64,000 bases of DNA. Source: a virus. Its lineage: Duplodnaviria; Caudoviricetes. The notes below the pieces were generated by a model. The model did no database searches, was not told where the DNA came from, and saw nothing but the letters and a program-made list of their open reading frames with translations. A program made the translations under genes and the position numbers. Position 1 is the first letter of the stretch. Every line of letters begins with the position of its first letter. Below are positions 39,315 to 48,617 of this stretch, piece after piece. The stretch is taken from IMG/VR virus record IMGVR_UViG_3300021962_000022, one strand, 5' to 3'.

Positions 39315-42208
39315 ATGTTTGTTGCGTGGTACGCAAAATCATTTCCATTTGTTTGAATTATTTCATCCTCATTACTTTTAATACTTTCGGCTTGAAGAGC
39401 GACAACTTTTCTATTTAAATCAACCCAATAAGGGTCTGCTAATTTTAAACTGTCTTCAACGTACATATAGAACGGGTCTCTGTTCACTCTATTCCAAAAC
39501 AAGACCTCACTATCTGATAAGGTCATAACCTCATCGTATTTGTCTTGACCATCTTCTTTGAGTGGAAACCCACTTACTAACTCACATTGAGTCCTTGTAA
39601 AGTATTGTCTGTCTTCAGGTTTTTCAACCAAAATATCGTGACGTATTTCAGGACTAAACACCACCAAAAGAGGTTCAATTCTTTTATTGAAATTTGTTAG
39701 ATATCTCGCAACATTATAGTCACCCGTCATATCAGGATTATTACTCAATTCTTTTTCGGATATCATGTAACAATTAATTTCAATATAATCAGGCGGTACT
39801 GGTTTATTGTATTTTAATAAAAATTCTTCTTGGTATTTTTTAGTCGGTTTACTTATCTTTTGAACATCACCATCTGATTTTTTTGTACCATTATTGATGT
39901 AATAAATTGTCTCACCTAAAGTTGCGGGATAGTTATTTTGTATAACCAGCTCCATGTGAGCTTGTCGAGACATTAAAGAACCTGCTTTTGTGGTCTTTTT
40001 GATGTGTTTTTTATAGTCTTCTACAGATTGTTTTACACGAGACTTATTCGCCATCTTAGACAATGGTATTTGTTTATTATAAATTTGTTGGACGTATCTA
40101 TAATAAAGTTCAACGAAAGATAAACCATCACCATTTAATAAATGTTTCAAACCCTCATCCAAAAATTCAACAACATATTGTTGTAGTTTTTTAGATTTGA
40201 TAGTATTACCGGTTAGTTTAATCTTTTCTTTTCCCTTCTTCAGAAGTTTAATGATGTAGTTCTTTCTTGATACGTTAATACACGCGGGTGCGGTATAGTC
40301 AATATCAAGACCCATTTCATTTCTCATAAAGGTATCATTGAATTCTGCAGTGTCCGCTTCGATTCCAATGTACTCTTTACCTTCTTCAACCAATTCGTTT
40401 AAACCTTTACCGATGTAAACATGAGTATCAATATCATCGGGGGTTGAAAAGTTCACACCGTCAGTATCCATAACCAAAGGTACATACCCCTTTTTCTCAA
40501 AGAACATAATCATCATACGAAGACATTGTCTTCCGGTACAAGTGATTGTCTCACCCATATTCATATCTCCCCACGGAAATACTTGAGGGGCGGAAAGTGA
40601 ACCAAAATACGCGTTGATAAAAATCTTAATTGGTAATTGTTTTCTATCATACATCTCCGCTTCAATAGGATTTGTTTTAGACAATTCACCCGCAAGTCTT
40701 TTATATTTGATACGAATGTTTCGGAAATACTTTAACATCGATTTCTGAACACCCATAACATCACATTCAGGGAAAACATCGTACACCAATTGAATTGATG
40801 GATAAAGAGACGCGTAGTCAAATTTTACAATGTTTTTTGAATAACCAACGTTTAACAATCTTGATAAACCACCAGTAATTGCTCTCTTCTCATCTTTTGT
40901 TGGTATCGCCAATCCATTTTCATAGGACCAAGCCAACATGATAATTTTCCAAAGAGTCGCAGTACCCATAGTTGCAATCCTTTCATAGGTTGTTGGTACC
41001 AATTTAGAAAGTAAAAAAGTTGATTGAGAGAAGGAATCATCCACAATCATTGTTTCGTACAAGTCATCGTCAAGATATTGTTCTACAATTCTTTCACCTG
41101 GCCAAATTTCATACTTACCGGGATACTTGTCTAAAAGATTTTCCGTTCCCGGCTCACCTATCTTTTTATATTTACCTGTTTTAGGGTTGATGTAGTAACT
41201 ATCATTTTCCAAATAAATTTTAGAAATGAATGCACCATCAACATATACACGATTTGGTTTTTCTTTTTCCAAATACTGTGTAATATACTTCAAACCCCAC
41301 GATTTAATTTCAGAGTTAATTGCTTGGGCTCTTCTTACAGCGTGTGCAATATCAACAATATTGTGTCCCCATATTATATGTTGGGTATAAGGTTCGACCT
41401 CATTTGCTAATTTAAGAACCCCTTCTTTTTGTTTAATACCATCAGAGGTTAGAATCGCGGTACACTCTTCAATATCAACACCAAGAATTTCTGCTCTTTT
41501 AAGAATAAAAGGAAAGTCAAATGACGCTGAATTATAACCACCAATAATTGTTGGTTTTAAATCCTTTATGATTTCAAAAAATTGTTCAATACATTTTTTT
41601 TCACCATCAGGACCAAAAGCTGGAATTGTTTTTTGTAAACCACGATTGTCTTTTACTCCAATAAGAATTATCTCATTGGTTTCGGGTTCAAGACCCGTGG
41701 TCTCAATATCGAATACAAAACGATGAACACCCGAATAATCGTCAATACCCTTGAATAATCTTTTTTTCTTTTGAATCAGATATTGTTCAACAGGTGACAG
41801 TATCGTAAACAAATGTCTAAATTTTTCACCCCAAGGGTCTATTCCACCTTGTTTAAAAAAGTTAATCAATTCTCGATAACCCTTTAGACTTTTAACCAAA
41901 TAACACTGACCATTTTCAAGTCTTTCGTTACCATGGGTTTCAAGTTTATCGATTATGATACCATACTCCCCCATTTTTTTCTTTTGTAAGGACTTACTTC
42001 CTTGATAAAAATTGCAAGAACTTAAGTCACCCACCCAAAGAAATGGAGTTAATGAATCAGGTTTAACAACCTTACCCCTTACAGGGTCTTGAATAATTTT
42101 GTAGATTTTGTTGTGTTGATAATCGTATTCCACCCCAACAATGAATTCTTCGGGGTCCCAACCATTTAAAAAGTTCTCGATTACCTCTTGAGAAATTACT
42201 TCTGACAT
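39311..42208 (-). CDS. DNA polymerase family B
   Basis: Exo FDIETTG, GYNSASFD; pol DYASLYPS, KIFINAYFG, DTDG. Confidence 0.96.
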   Translation of the reverse strand: MSEVISQEVIENFLNGWDPEEFIVGVEYDYQHNKIYKIIQDPVRGKVVKPDSLTPFLWVGDLSSCNFYQGSKSLQKKKMGEYGIIIDKLETHGNERLENGQCYLVKSLKGYRELINFFKQGGIDPWGEKFRHLFTILSPVEQYLIQKKKRLFKGIDDYSGVHRFVFDIETTGLEPETNEIILIGVKDNRGLQKTIPAFGPDGEKKCIEQFFEIIKDLKPTIIGGYNSASFDFPFILKRAEILGVDIEECTAILTSDGIKQKEGVLKLANEVEPYTQHIIWGHNIVDIAHAVRRAQAINSEIKSWGLKYITQYLEKEKPNRVYVDGAFISKIYLENDSYYINPKTGKYKKIGEPGTENLLDKYPGKYEIWPGERIVEQYLDDDLYETMIVDDSFSQSTFLLSKLVPTTYERIATMGTATLWKIIMLAWSYENGLAIPTKDEKRAITGGLSRLLNVGYSKNIVKFDYASLYPSIQLVYDVFPECDVMGVQKSMLKYFRNIRIKYKRLAGELSKTNPIEAEMYDRKQLPIKIFINAYFGSLSAPQVFPWGDMNMGETITCTGRQCLRMMIMFFEKKGYVPLVMDTDGVNFSTPDDIDTHVYIGKGLNELVEEGKEYIGIEADTAEFNDTFMRNEMGLDIDYTAPACINVSRKNYIIKLLKKGKEKIKLTGNTIKSKKLQQYVVEFLDEGLKHLLNGDGLSFVELYYRYVQQIYNKQIPLSKMANKSRVKQSVEDYKKHIKKTTKAGSLMSRQAHMELVIQNNYPATLGETIYYINNGTKKSDGDVQKISKPTKKYQEEFLLKYNKPVPPDYIEINCYMISEKELSNNPDMTGDYNVARYLTNFNKRIEPLLVVFSPEIRHDILVEKPEDRQYFTRTQCELVSGFPLKEDGQDKYDEVMTLSDSEVLFWNRVNRDPFYMYVEDSLKLADPYWVDLNRKVVALQAESIKSNEDEIIQTNGNDFAYHATNI

Positions 42209-42270
42209 ATCGTATATTTTTGTTTTGACATATTTGCTTACAACACCGTGTTGTAGTTTGCCTTATAACA

Positions 42271-42298
42271 AGTATACGAAATTACTACCAAATATCAA
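42271..42298 (-). promoter_or_regulatory. Sigma70-type promoter of DNA polymerase
   Basis: TTGATA-N16-TATACT. Confidence 0.6.
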
Positions 42299-42663
42299 AA
42301 TATGGTAATAAATAATTTTTCCTTTATCGGAAGTATCAGTTTTGTTGTTGGATTTAAATTGGTATCTAAAAATTGTACGGTAATCTTACCCTCGTATTTA
42401 CCAATTTTTGATGTTTGAGATTCTGTAAATCTGTGAGTTATATAATACTCGTCAGTGGTTTGATTGTATTTTTTATCTCTAGTTGTTATTAAACAATCTG
42501 AATTTAATATTTCAGGTTCACCCGTTTTTGCATCGTACATATCAAATGTGATGTCACAACTTTCTAACAAATCATTAAATCCGGATTTGTCATTTTTACC
42601 ATCATCAATTAACCTCATTTTAAGTATTGGGTCAGATGCTCCTTGTCGTATAAAAAATTCCAT
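42295..42663 (-). CDS. Small beta-rich virion protein (BppU N-terminal-like)
   Basis: FFIRQGASDP.LKMRL...YEGKITV; late motif upstream. Confidence 0.55.
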   Translation of the reverse strand: MEFFIRQGASDPILKMRLIDDGKNDKSGFNDLLESCDITFDMYDAKTGEPEILNSDCLITTRDKKYNQTTDEYYITHRFTESQTSKIGKYEGKITVQFLDTNLNPTTKLILPIKEKLFITIF

Positions 42664-42696
42664 ATTGATTAATAAATATTATTCTTTTTATTTTAA

Positions 42697-43731
42697 TTAA
42701 AATCCATTTGTTGAAGGATTATAAAAAACTAAACCTGTCACATTTGTTGTTTTTGTTATGGTCGGCGATGAGTAACTAAATGTCATAACATCACCACCAC
42801 CAATTTCACCAAATTGTATTCTTATTGGATAGTAATTTCCAGCAACTAATGAAAACGTAGCCGATACTTCCTGAACCCCATGAGCACCACCATTGTTTAT
42901 ATTTGAATTAGCGGTGGTAAAACCTGATAATGCATTTGCACCAATCCAAAGATAAGAACCATCATCACTTGATAAGAAGAATGTATATGTTTCTGTTGTT
43001 GTTGCCTTAAAATACCCCAACCATTGACAACTAAAATCAGACCCGTCATTACTTGATGGTTCAGTTATTGAAGTTGTTTGAACCGAGGTGGCAGGATTTG
43101 TACCAAAGGTCGTTGGGGTTGCAGTTGCGAAAAACGCCGGATTTTCGCTATGATAACCAGAATATGTTGTTTTATATAAACCAGCACTAAACGCACTTGT
43201 TGGAGTTGGAGTTGGTGTTAATGTTGGGGTGATAGTTGGTGTTAATGTCGGTGTTATTGATGATGTTGGAGTGATAGTTGGTGTTATAGAAGGTGTTCTA
43301 CTTGGTGTTAATGAAGGTGTGACAGTTGGTGTTGGTGTAACTGTAGGTGTTAGTGAGGGAGTAACGGAACTTGTCGGTGTAATTGATGATGTCAACGACG
43401 GTGTGACCGACGAGGTAAGAGAAGGTGTTACCGAAGGTGTTCTACTTGGTGTTAATGAAGGTGTTATACTTGGTGTTGGTGAAGATAATACGGTAGACGG
43501 GGTTGTGGAACTTGTTGGTGTCGGTGAAGGTCCCGTTTCAATAACATATAAAGTACATGTACTACCAAAAGCCGGAAAAAACAATGAATATGTCCCATAA
43601 AAATAAGGTGCAACATAATCGTATGGTAAAACTTGTGTACCCAAATTAATAGTCCCACCCGTATCGGGATAGTATGTAATAACCGCCGATTGACCAGTAT
43701 AATTTGTTGAGACTATTTTTAAAGTATCCAT
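42697..43731 (-). CDS. Virion surface protein: Thr/Pro/Ser linker plus PA14-like carbohydrate-binding domain
   Basis: FSCQWLGYFKATTTETYTFFLSSDDGSYLWI...YYPIRIQFGE.GGG is PA14-like. Confidence 0.8.
   Translation of the reverse strand: MDTLKIVSTNYTGQSAVITYYPDTGGTINLGTQVLPYDYVAPYFYGTYSLFFPAFGSTCTLYVIETGPSPTPTSSTTPSTVLSSPTPSITPSLTPSRTPSVTPSLTSSVTPSLTSSITPTSSVTPSLTPTVTPTPTVTPSLTPSRTPSITPTITPTSSITPTLTPTITPTLTPTPTPTSAFSAGLYKTTYSGYHSENPAFFATATPTTFGTNPATSVQTTSITEPSSNDGSDFSCQWLGYFKATTTETYTFFLSSDDGSYLWIGANALSGFTTANSNINNGGAHGVQEVSATFSLVAGNYYPIRIQFGEIGGGDVMTFSYSSPTITKTTNVTGLVFYNPSTNGF
43195..43530 (-). repeat. Coding TP(S/T)x tetrapeptide tandem repeats
   Basis: About 110 aa of TPSL/TPTI/TPSV repeats. 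Confidence 0.9.
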
Positions 43732-43763
43732 TTATTTAAAATATAATATTTTGTTTAGTATTT

Positions 43764-45134
43764 TTAAAGTCCTACCATGCTATCCACACAATCTTCAACA
43801 CATTCAATTATATCGTAATTTGGTTTAATATCAACCAAATAATGATGTCTTACCCTTACGTAGTTTAATGGTTCTTGATAATATTGGACTCTTTTAAAAT
43901 TAAAACAAGAGGTACCCATATTATGAATTCCACCTGAATATTGAGTACCACCAGCCCATGATTGTATAAATGGTTGGTCACCTCTAGTTGATGGTATAAC
44001 TTCTTCCCATCCTTTTAATTTATAGATTGTTCTGCCGTTTAAATAAATTTTTAAAGTACCCAATCTTCTATTTCTTTCTAACGCCCATTTCTTATTTAAT
44101 TCTTCCGCAGTTGTATAAATAGTTGTTTGTGTTGATGTTACTGCGGTGATAACAGTATCGGTATATGGAATAGTTTTTATTCCCGGTATTAAATCATTCC
44201 ACCCACCATCATTTTCTAAATTACAATCCGTATAATACTTATCTCGTTCAAAAGTAATTGTAACATTAAAATCTTTTGACGTACCACTAACACATAATAC
44301 GGGTGTTTGACCCGATGAAGTATAATATGATTCTGTATAACCACTATCGGTCACACAAACACCTGAATATCTAATTGCTCTCCATTGTATTCTACCATCA
44401 TTTGTGAATGAAAATGATAGATTATTATCTGCGTAATTTGATATTGAACTCTCATTTCTAACACCTAAATAATAAATCGTCCTTCCACTTGTCCAATTAG
44501 AACCATCTTTATTAAGTACCAAATCAATTGTCCAACCTTTTTCATTTCTTCTCTGTACTTTGTAAGAACAATTATCAGTTCCAGCACCATGATTTATTTG
44601 ATATGCCCATGGTTTTGCGGTTGGAATTGGGTCTTGAGGACAACAATTATCACTGATAATTTCTGTGACACAAGGATATTTGGCACCAATCCCATTAAAA
44701 TTTGCAACATTTAGAGAATTTGGATTGGATGCGGGGTCATTATAAATGTTCGCATTATGAACAAAATAATGTTTATAACCACTTCCATCGATGTATTCAT
44801 AAACATCATTCTCTAAAATTAAATCTGAATTTTGTAGTTGGGTTGTAAATCCACTATAAGGTAAAACCCAAGACCAACCTGAAAATAATGAACCTGTTAT
44901 ATAAGAGGTTAAATTCACTTCAAGTAGGGATATAGTATCCCTTACACAATCAGTTCCGGTCATACCTGTTGTGTTAATAGTCAATCCTGTATATGATATA
45001 CTATTATCCAAATCCAAAACCAAACTATCATAATCTAATTCAGTTTTAGAAATTTCGTAATCGTAATATTCCGAAGAATCGAGTTGTAAATCTAATTTAC
45101 TCCCCCAAAATTTAAGTATGTTTTGACTATTCAT
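43764..45134 (-). CDS. Putative virion structural protein (lectin/LamG-like C-terminus)
   Basis: GTLKIYLNG, QSWAGGTQ; S/T/G/C-rich; late motif upstream. Confidence 0.55.
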   Translation of the reverse strand: MNSQNILKFWGSKLDLQLDSSEYYDYEISKTELDYDSLVLDLDNSISYTGLTINTTGMTGTDCVRDTISLLEVNLTSYITGSLFSGWSWVLPYSGFTTQLQNSDLILENDVYEYIDGSGYKHYFVHNANIYNDPASNPNSLNVANFNGIGAKYPCVTEIISDNCCPQDPIPTAKPWAYQINHGAGTDNCSYKVQRRNEKGWTIDLVLNKDGSNWTSGRTIYYLGVRNESSISNYADNNLSFSFTNDGRIQWRAIRYSGVCVTDSGYTESYYTSSGQTPVLCVSGTSKDFNVTITFERDKYYTDCNLENDGGWNDLIPGIKTIPYTDTVITAVTSTQTTIYTTAEELNKKWALERNRRLGTLKIYLNGRTIYKLKGWEEVIPSTRGDQPFIQSWAGGTQYSGGIHNMGTSCFNFKRVQYYQEPLNYVRVRHHYLVDIKPNYDIIECVEDCVDSMVGL

Positions 45135-45191
45135 GCTATTCTATAAATATCTTTCCTTTCTTTTGATATTTATATTAAAAAAGATATTTGC

Positions 45192-45950
45192 ATGGATAAA
45201 TACATTAAAAATATTATTGAGGAAACTTTTGCGTCCAAAAAACAACAAAGATTCTTTTATGCCAAGGCGAACGACAAATCAACATCAAAGAAAGAAAGAA
45301 ACAAATGGTCCAAATGGGCTAAAGAATATTCTGACGATACCGACTTTGAAAAAATACCAGAAAAGGTTGAAACTGAGGTAGATGAAATAGTTGACGAAAA
45401 AGGTAATATCGCTAGAAGAAAAACACCAAATACAAAATCAAGTAAAGGTGGTTCAAAATCAACGACTGACAAAGTGGTATACACTGGAGCTGGGTCAATG
45501 GGTATTCACGGTGTTCATGGTACTCACACATCTTTAAGATATTGGGCGGAATCTGATTTAAGTAAAGCTTTAGGTTATAAAAATACTTTGGGTCAAGATG
45601 AGGACATTGAAGATGCATATGAATATTTTGAAGATGACCTTGGTATGGGTGATGATGAAAGTAAAGAAAGATTATCATCATATGGTTACGATGAAAATTT
45701 AAAAGGTGATAAAGTAAGATTAATAGAAAACCCAAAAAAATTTGTAAAAGATTACGTTGAAAGTGTCATAAGAAAAAAATCATCCTCAGAGGATTTGGTT
45801 AAAAAAGACCAAACCGAAGACATTAAGGGTGAATTAAATCCAATTATCAAAAGACAAATCACTTCTTTAAAAAATACTTTAGTTAAAAATAATTTGTCAG
45901 TTGAGGATGTAATTGACATTCTTAAATCAGAAGACGAAACCGATGAATAA
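45192..45950 (+). CDS. Hypothetical, probable head-internal protein
   Basis: 252 aa; IIEE N-terminus, FASKKQQRFFYAKA basic module. Confidence 0.7.
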   Translation: MDKYIKNIIEETFASKKQQRFFYAKANDKSTSKKERNKWSKWAKEYSDDTDFEKIPEKVETEVDEIVDEKGNIARRKTPNTKSSKGGSKSTTDKVVYTGAGSMGIHGVHGTHTSLRYWAESDLSKALGYKNTLGQDEDIEDAYEYFEDDLGMGDDESKERLSSYGYDENLKGDKVRLIENPKKFVKDYVESVIRKKSSSEDLVKKDQTEDIKGELNPIIKRQITSLKNTLVKNNLSVEDVIDILKSEDETDE

Positions 45951-46440
45951 AGAATTAAAAGGAAGGATTTTTGATATTCCTCAGGACATTTTAGATAAGA
46001 TAAACCATACAGTAGTTGGTTTAAATAGTGAAAATGTGCGTGGTATTCAAAGAGCTAAAAAACTTTTAATCGATAAAAAAGTAAAATACGGTCAACTCAA
46101 GAGGATAATTCATGATATTCAAAACATGGATAAAATGAATGAAAAAGTTAAATATGACTTATGCGGTGGAGATTTGATGGAAAAATGGGCTAAACAATTT
46201 TTACAAGGAGAAAGAGATTTAATAAGTAATAGGAAAGACTCCAAAAAAAGGGCGGATGATATAACATCAATGACTGGTGAGAGAAAAAACAGTCACTTGA
46301 AATCACACACAAAAAGATTTAGTTTCAAAGTCCCAATAAATTTGGTTAAAAGTAATTCCCACAAAACCAGTGTTTCACCTTTAACATCTATGAAACTATT
46401 CGAAGAGATTGATAAAATAAAAAAATTAATTAGTTATTAA
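45943..46440 (+). CDS. Hypothetical basic protein with C-terminal LFEEIDKIKKLI motif
   Basis: Start reassigned to ATG 45943 overlapping upstream stop. Confidence 0.7.
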   Translation: MNKELKGRIFDIPQDILDKINHTVVGLNSENVRGIQRAKKLLIDKKVKYGQLKRIIHDIQNMDKMNEKVKYDLCGGDLMEKWAKQFLQGERDLISNRKDSKKRADDITSMTGERKNSHLKSHTKRFSFKVPINLVKSNSHKTSVSPLTSMKLFEEIDKIKKLISY

Positions 46441-46441
46441 T

Positions 46442-47107
46442 ATGCCAACACAATTAGAAATAATCGGAGACAGAGAAAGAAACCTTCTTGTATCAAGAAA
46501 TGAATACAACTACGGGGATTTATATAGTTCAAGCAATACAGGTGCATTATCAGACGGTGACGAAAGAGGTAAGGGTGAATTAAGTGGTAGTATTGGTTCA
46601 AAAACCGATATCGGTGAAAGAACCTCATTACAATCCAAAAACATTTATGGACCAACCAATCAGTACGGAAGTGGAAATGCTAACGCACTTTCGGATGGTG
46701 ATGAAAAAGGTAAAGGAGAGTTAAGTGGTAATATAGGTTCTAAGACTGATATCACAGAAAGAAACACTCTTGTTGCTAAAAACGTCTACAATAATTCATT
46801 TCAATACTCATCAGGTAATCCTAACGCATTATCAGATGGTGACGAAAGAGGAAGAGGTGAAAACAATTCAGGTGGTGTTGGTACCTTAACCGATATCAAT
46901 GAAAGAACCACTCTTATTGCTAAAAATATTTATAACAACAATTTTGGTTACTCTTCTGGTAATCCCAATGCATTGTCAGATGGTGATGAAAAAGGACGAG
47001 GTGAAAACAATACAGGAGGTGTTGGTACTGTAACCGATATTAACGAAAGAACTGTTTTAAAAGCAAAAAATAAATACGGTAGCACAAAAACATATCCCGA
47101 TTTTTAA
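46442..47107 (+). CDS. Tandem-repeat protein (4.5 x 47-48 aa; ALSDGDE[KR]G[KR]GE core)
   Basis: Repeats conserved in protein with synonymous DNA divergence. Confidence 0.85.
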   Translation: MPTQLEIIGDRERNLLVSRNEYNYGDLYSSSNTGALSDGDERGKGELSGSIGSKTDIGERTSLQSKNIYGPTNQYGSGNANALSDGDEKGKGELSGNIGSKTDITERNTLVAKNVYNNSFQYSSGNPNALSDGDERGRGENNSGGVGTLTDINERTTLIAKNIYNNNFGYSSGNPNALSDGDEKGRGENNTGGVGTVTDINERTVLKAKNKYGSTKTYPDF

Positions 47108-47958
47108 TGATAAATTTCGAGTCAATATTAACAAACATTTTATCTGAAGCACCTTCGAGAGGAACACAAAAAACTCTTGAATATGCTATTAAGAATAGAA
47201 TGCCCGTTTCTTTTGACTATAGAGGTCCAAGAGGTGAAGTATTACCAGGAAGAAGAATTAAAACAGAATTAGTTGCGTCAGGCCTAACAAAAAAAGGAAA
47301 CTTATCATTTAGAGGATGGGTTCAACCACCGTCGGTGTCTAAAAAGGGATTTAAAGAACATGGTTGGAGAACTTTTATACTGGATAGAATATCTGCAGGT
47401 TCAATACAAGTTTATGAAGATGAACAGTTTGATAATAAAAGACCGGGTTACAAAGAAGGTGATGATAGTAGTTTTTCCACTACATACGTAACAAGTGATT
47501 GGGGAACTACACCACCAGCACCACAAGAGAGAAAACCAAGTAAAACACCCGTACCTAAACAAGAACCCGAAAAACAAAAATTACCCGAACCAAAACCAAA
47601 AGAAAAACCATCAGCGTCACCCATTGAAGTACCAAAGAGAGAAATTGAAGTGTTTAACGATTTAAAAACCAAAATCAAAGTTGTTGACAATATTAAACAA
47701 ATTAGTCCTGACGATTTTAAAAATGCAATTGACGATTTGTACAAAAAGAAAATGGATGATTGGAAAAAATCACAAATCGATTTAGGTGGTAACACTAATG
47801 CCGGTGAGGGAACAAGAAGAAGAATTGAAAAGGATTCTGAATCTGATTTGGACAGATTATTAAAACAAGATAATATCAAAATAGTCGAACCATCATCAGA
47901 AGAAACAGTGGAATTACAAGAACAATTAAATAGAATCAAGACTTTAATTTTCTTTTAA
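47107..47958 (+). CDS. Stand-alone WYL-like domain protein with Pro/Lys linker
   Basis: AIKNRMPVSFDY...GRR...GWRTFILDRI fits the WYL pattern; no HTH seen. Confidence 0.65.
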   Translation: MINFESILTNILSEAPSRGTQKTLEYAIKNRMPVSFDYRGPRGEVLPGRRIKTELVASGLTKKGNLSFRGWVQPPSVSKKGFKEHGWRTFILDRISAGSIQVYEDEQFDNKRPGYKEGDDSSFSTTYVTSDWGTTPPAPQERKPSKTPVPKQEPEKQKLPEPKPKEKPSASPIEVPKREIEVFNDLKTKIKVVDNIKQISPDDFKNAIDDLYKKKMDDWKKSQIDLGGNTNAGEGTRRRIEKDSESDLDRLLKQDNIKIVEPSSEETVELQEQLNRIKTLIFF

Positions 47959-47985
47959 AAATACTTATTTTATAAAAAAATCAAT

Positions 47986-48564
47986 ATGGAAAAAACAGGA
48001 ACAGGGGTACTATCACAAAACGATTTGATGCAAAGATTAGTACAAGCGAAAAAAATTTTAAATAAAGTAGAAAATGGTGATTACGAAAGAGGTAATGTAA
48101 ATGAAGATATATTAAGGACTAACCCTGAAGACCTCATGTCGACCGAAAATTCCGCACCAATAAGACAACCACAACAACCCAATTTTCAAAAAATACAAGA
48201 GTCTAAATTACCTGAAGCAATTAAAAGAGCAATGATTGAAAATCCCATACCTCAAATTAGTTTATCGGATTCATTGGATTTAAATTTTGTTGAAAAAACA
48301 AAAAAATTAATGGAGAACGAAGGTGTGTCAACTAAAAAATCGTCACCACAAAAAGGTTCTTCAGTTGATAGTTCAGATTTAGTAAAACAATTAACCCCCA
48401 TAATTGAAAACATTGTAAGAAAGACTGTTGTTGAAATTTTGGACAAGAAGTTAAATCAAATATTAACCGCACAACAAACCATGTCCATCAACGAGAACTT
48501 GGTTTTAAAAGTGGGTGACTCCGTTTTTAAAGGAAAAATTACGGGTGTAAATAAATCAAAGTAA
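47986..48564 (+). CDS. Hypothetical coiled-coil protein
   Basis: 192 aa, co-oriented. Confidence 0.7.
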   Translation: MEKTGTGVLSQNDLMQRLVQAKKILNKVENGDYERGNVNEDILRTNPEDLMSTENSAPIRQPQQPNFQKIQESKLPEAIKRAMIENPIPQISLSDSLDLNFVEKTKKLMENEGVSTKKSSPQKGSSVDSSDLVKQLTPIIENIVRKTVVEILDKKLNQILTAQQTMSINENLVLKVGDSVFKGKITGVNKSK

Positions 48565-48566
48565 GT

Positions 48567-48594
48567 TTGACTTTTCGAATTTTTTTCTTATACT
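48567..48594 (+). promoter_or_regulatory. Sigma70-type promoter of glycosyltransferase operon
   Basis: TTGACT-N16-TATACT. Confidence 0.7.
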
Positions 48595-48617
48595 TTATAA
48601 AAAAGGAAAGAATTTGA

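Noticed and set aside
46442-47107. ~141-bp DNA repeats as a CRISPR array or DGR
   Set aside because: Repeats are in frame with synonymous variation and no unique spacers; no cas or reverse transcriptase in the window
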